Below, piece by piece: positions 62,597-64,000 of a DNA stretch of 64,000 nucleotides. Both the position numbers and the translations under genes were made by a program. Each line of letters starts with the position of its first letter. The stretch's first letter is position 1. The stretch comes from Candidatus Poribacteria bacterium. GTDB taxonomy: Bacteria; Poribacteria; WGA-4E; WGA-3G. The stretch spans positions 256,001 through 320,000 of the forward strand of contig CAXXUA010000013.1 of the NCBI GenBank assembly GCA_963663765.2. The letters are read 5' to 3'. A model generated the notes under the pieces. That model was given only the letters and a program-made list of their open reading frames with translations, did not search any database and was not told the origin of the DNA.

Positions 62597-63337
62597 CTAA
62601 ATGACGCGCAAGTCAACATTTATATCAACATCACGTGTAAGTGTATTTGTCACTGGTGAGGCAGCAAGGGTTTCCTCCCAGAGTTGTTCTAATACATCGT
62701 CATCAGCATCCGATGCGACATAGATTGTGCCGCGCACCTCTTTAAACCCGCTATGTCCACCTTCTTCCGTTCCGAGAAATACAAAAATATTGTCTATCTG
62801 ACCGGTAAGTGAGATCTCTAATTCATCGATCTCGATTTTTTGTTGTGACGCACGAATCTGGAAACCCATCGCTAAACATGCACCGAGAGCACCGAGTACA
62901 TACTCAACGGCACTGGGTGCAGCATCGCGCACATCAAAACTTGCCGGTTGTCCAACCGACCATGAATGATTTCTACAGAAAACCTTTGCCTGCAAACCAC
63001 CGTCCCAATGGATACGAGTTTGCCATTTGTAATCTCGTGCTTGTGCATAAGCAGCATCAGCGTCTTGTTCTGCTTCTCCACGTCGTACGAAGTACTTGTT
63101 GTGTTCAGGTGCAGATCGCCATCCGATGTACGGGTTTTCAGTCATTCTACACCATGCTGGTAGGTCCTCTTTGACGCTGATTTCAGTGCTGCGAATCTCA
63201 AGCACTTCACCATCTGGCACCTGCTCCATAGATTTGCGAATCAATAGTAACAGACCGGAACCGCAGTCAAGGTTTCCGCCTTCACATATATGGGGTGTTT
63301 GTAGCGAATCCGGTGCTTGTAGGTCTTCTTTTCGCAT
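62597..63337 (-). CDS. TusA-like sulfur carrier fused to an OsmC-like domain
   Basis: GGNLDCGSGLL, GEVLEIRST, DLPAWCRMT (TusA-like); PSAVEYVLGALGACL...SPV (OsmC-like). Confidence 0.85.
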   Translation of the reverse strand: MRKEDLQAPDSLQTPHICEGGNLDCGSGLLLLIRKSMEQVPDGEVLEIRSTEISVKEDLPAWCRMTENPYIGWRSAPEHNKYFVRRGEAEQDADAAYAQARDYKWQTRIHWDGGLQAKVFCRNHSWSVGQPASFDVRDAAPSAVEYVLGALGACLAMGFQIRASQQKIEIDELEISLTGQIDNIFVFLGTEEGGHSGFKEVRGTIYVASDADDDVLEQLWEETLAASPVTNTLTRDVDINVDLRVI

Positions 63338-63494
63338 TTATCCATAAGTCCTTTCAGCAATCTCACATTAAATTCGGAATAAGAATCGTTGACTTTTGTT
63401 GTTTTTGAGTTGTGTTTGGAGTTTTCTTCTGTTTATTAGGTAGGTTGAAGCAATTTGAATTTTAGAAATGTGTTTTTTTATATTAGACTTTAGA

Positions 63495-63580
63495 AACCCT
63501 CCCTTGTAGATTACACCTTATGGTATGAATGTATGCTGTGAAATTTGAGTGAGGTAAATATACGCAAAGGGAGGGAATCT
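63495..63580. repeat. intergenic inverted repeat
   Basis: ccctcccttgtagattacacct ... aggtaaatatacgcaaagggaggg. Confidence 0.45.
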
Positions 63581-63652
63581 GCCATTAGACTGGGAATCCA
63601 ACCGATCCCTTATGGATGTTGCTGCAATTAGCAGAAATTCCTTTTTTAGATG

Positions 63653-64000
63653 TCAATATGTTATGCTTGAACCACCCGTGATTAGGAATTCAACAGCCTT
63701 AGCACCACCCACAATGACAGCACTATCCACCAGATTATCTTCATCAAGGTTTCGTTTCTTGAAGCATGGTGAACAGACCCAGATTATGCCTCCCACATCT
63801 GCAAAGTCAGACATAAGTTGTTTCATCGGTGCGAAACCTTCCTCGTGTATATCATCAGCGTAACCATTTTGGCAAAGATGTACACCCTCTGTGCTTAGAA
63901 ACACGACAGTTTCCACACCAGACGCTACAGAAGCATTCGCAACAACGAAACCGACAGTGGCTTTGTCGGTATTATCTTTCGCGTGTGTAATGCTTATCAT
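63653..64000 (-). CDS. DsrE family protein (start may lie beyond the window edge)
   Basis: DKATVGFVVANA, VFLSTEGV, GGIIWVCSPCFKKR. Confidence 0.85.
   Translation of the reverse strand: MISITHAKDNTDKATVGFVVANASVASGVETVVFLSTEGVHLCQNGYADDIHEEGFAPMKQLMSDFADVGGIIWVCSPCFKKRNLDEDNLVDSAVIVGGAKAVEFLITGGSSITY

Noticed and set aside
63340-63650. SAM or other riboswitch between dsrE and tusA-osmC
   Set aside because: Only generic inverted repeats are visible; I could not identify conserved riboswitch core motifs.
1-64000. tRNA or rRNA genes
   Set aside because: No cloverleaf with T-loop GTTCGA and acceptor stem, and no rRNA-like segment, noticed in intergenic regions; a tRNAscan/Rfam run would be needed to exclude them fully.

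Overview
AT-rich bacterial chromosome segment. It is probably from Candidatus Poribacteria or a relative; this is an inference from secreted WD40, LamG and TolB proteins, two of which end in an 'AV.xxxK(L/I)TTxW..L' tail. Core genes: a dcw cluster (rsmH-ftsL-ftsI-murE-alpha/beta hydrolase-murF-ddl-mraY-murD, no mraZ, preceded by a sigma54-like motif), nadD-yacG-yqeK-rsfS, thiI, rnhC, fumC, rpoB-rpoC and tsaD-tsaC. Accessory content: an AlbA_2/ParA-like pair with a decayed TIR-TPR gene and an IS5, a BCCT transporter with a porin, a nested ISKra4/ISLre2-like IS, GmrSD, toxin-antitoxin loci, and a split DsrE / TusA-OsmC / MetE-like module. The most striking observation is in RNA polymerase beta' (1870 aa). 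It has a ~615-aa trigger-loop insertion made of one split SBHM-like domain enclosing ~13 degenerate ~40-aa repeats that resemble beta's own N-terminal clamp segment. RpoB carries substitutions at rifamycin-pocket positions. Intergenic DNA holds several MITE families with visible TIRs and target-site duplications, nested in each other and carrying shared REP-like palindromes. All calls were made by eye; no searches were run.
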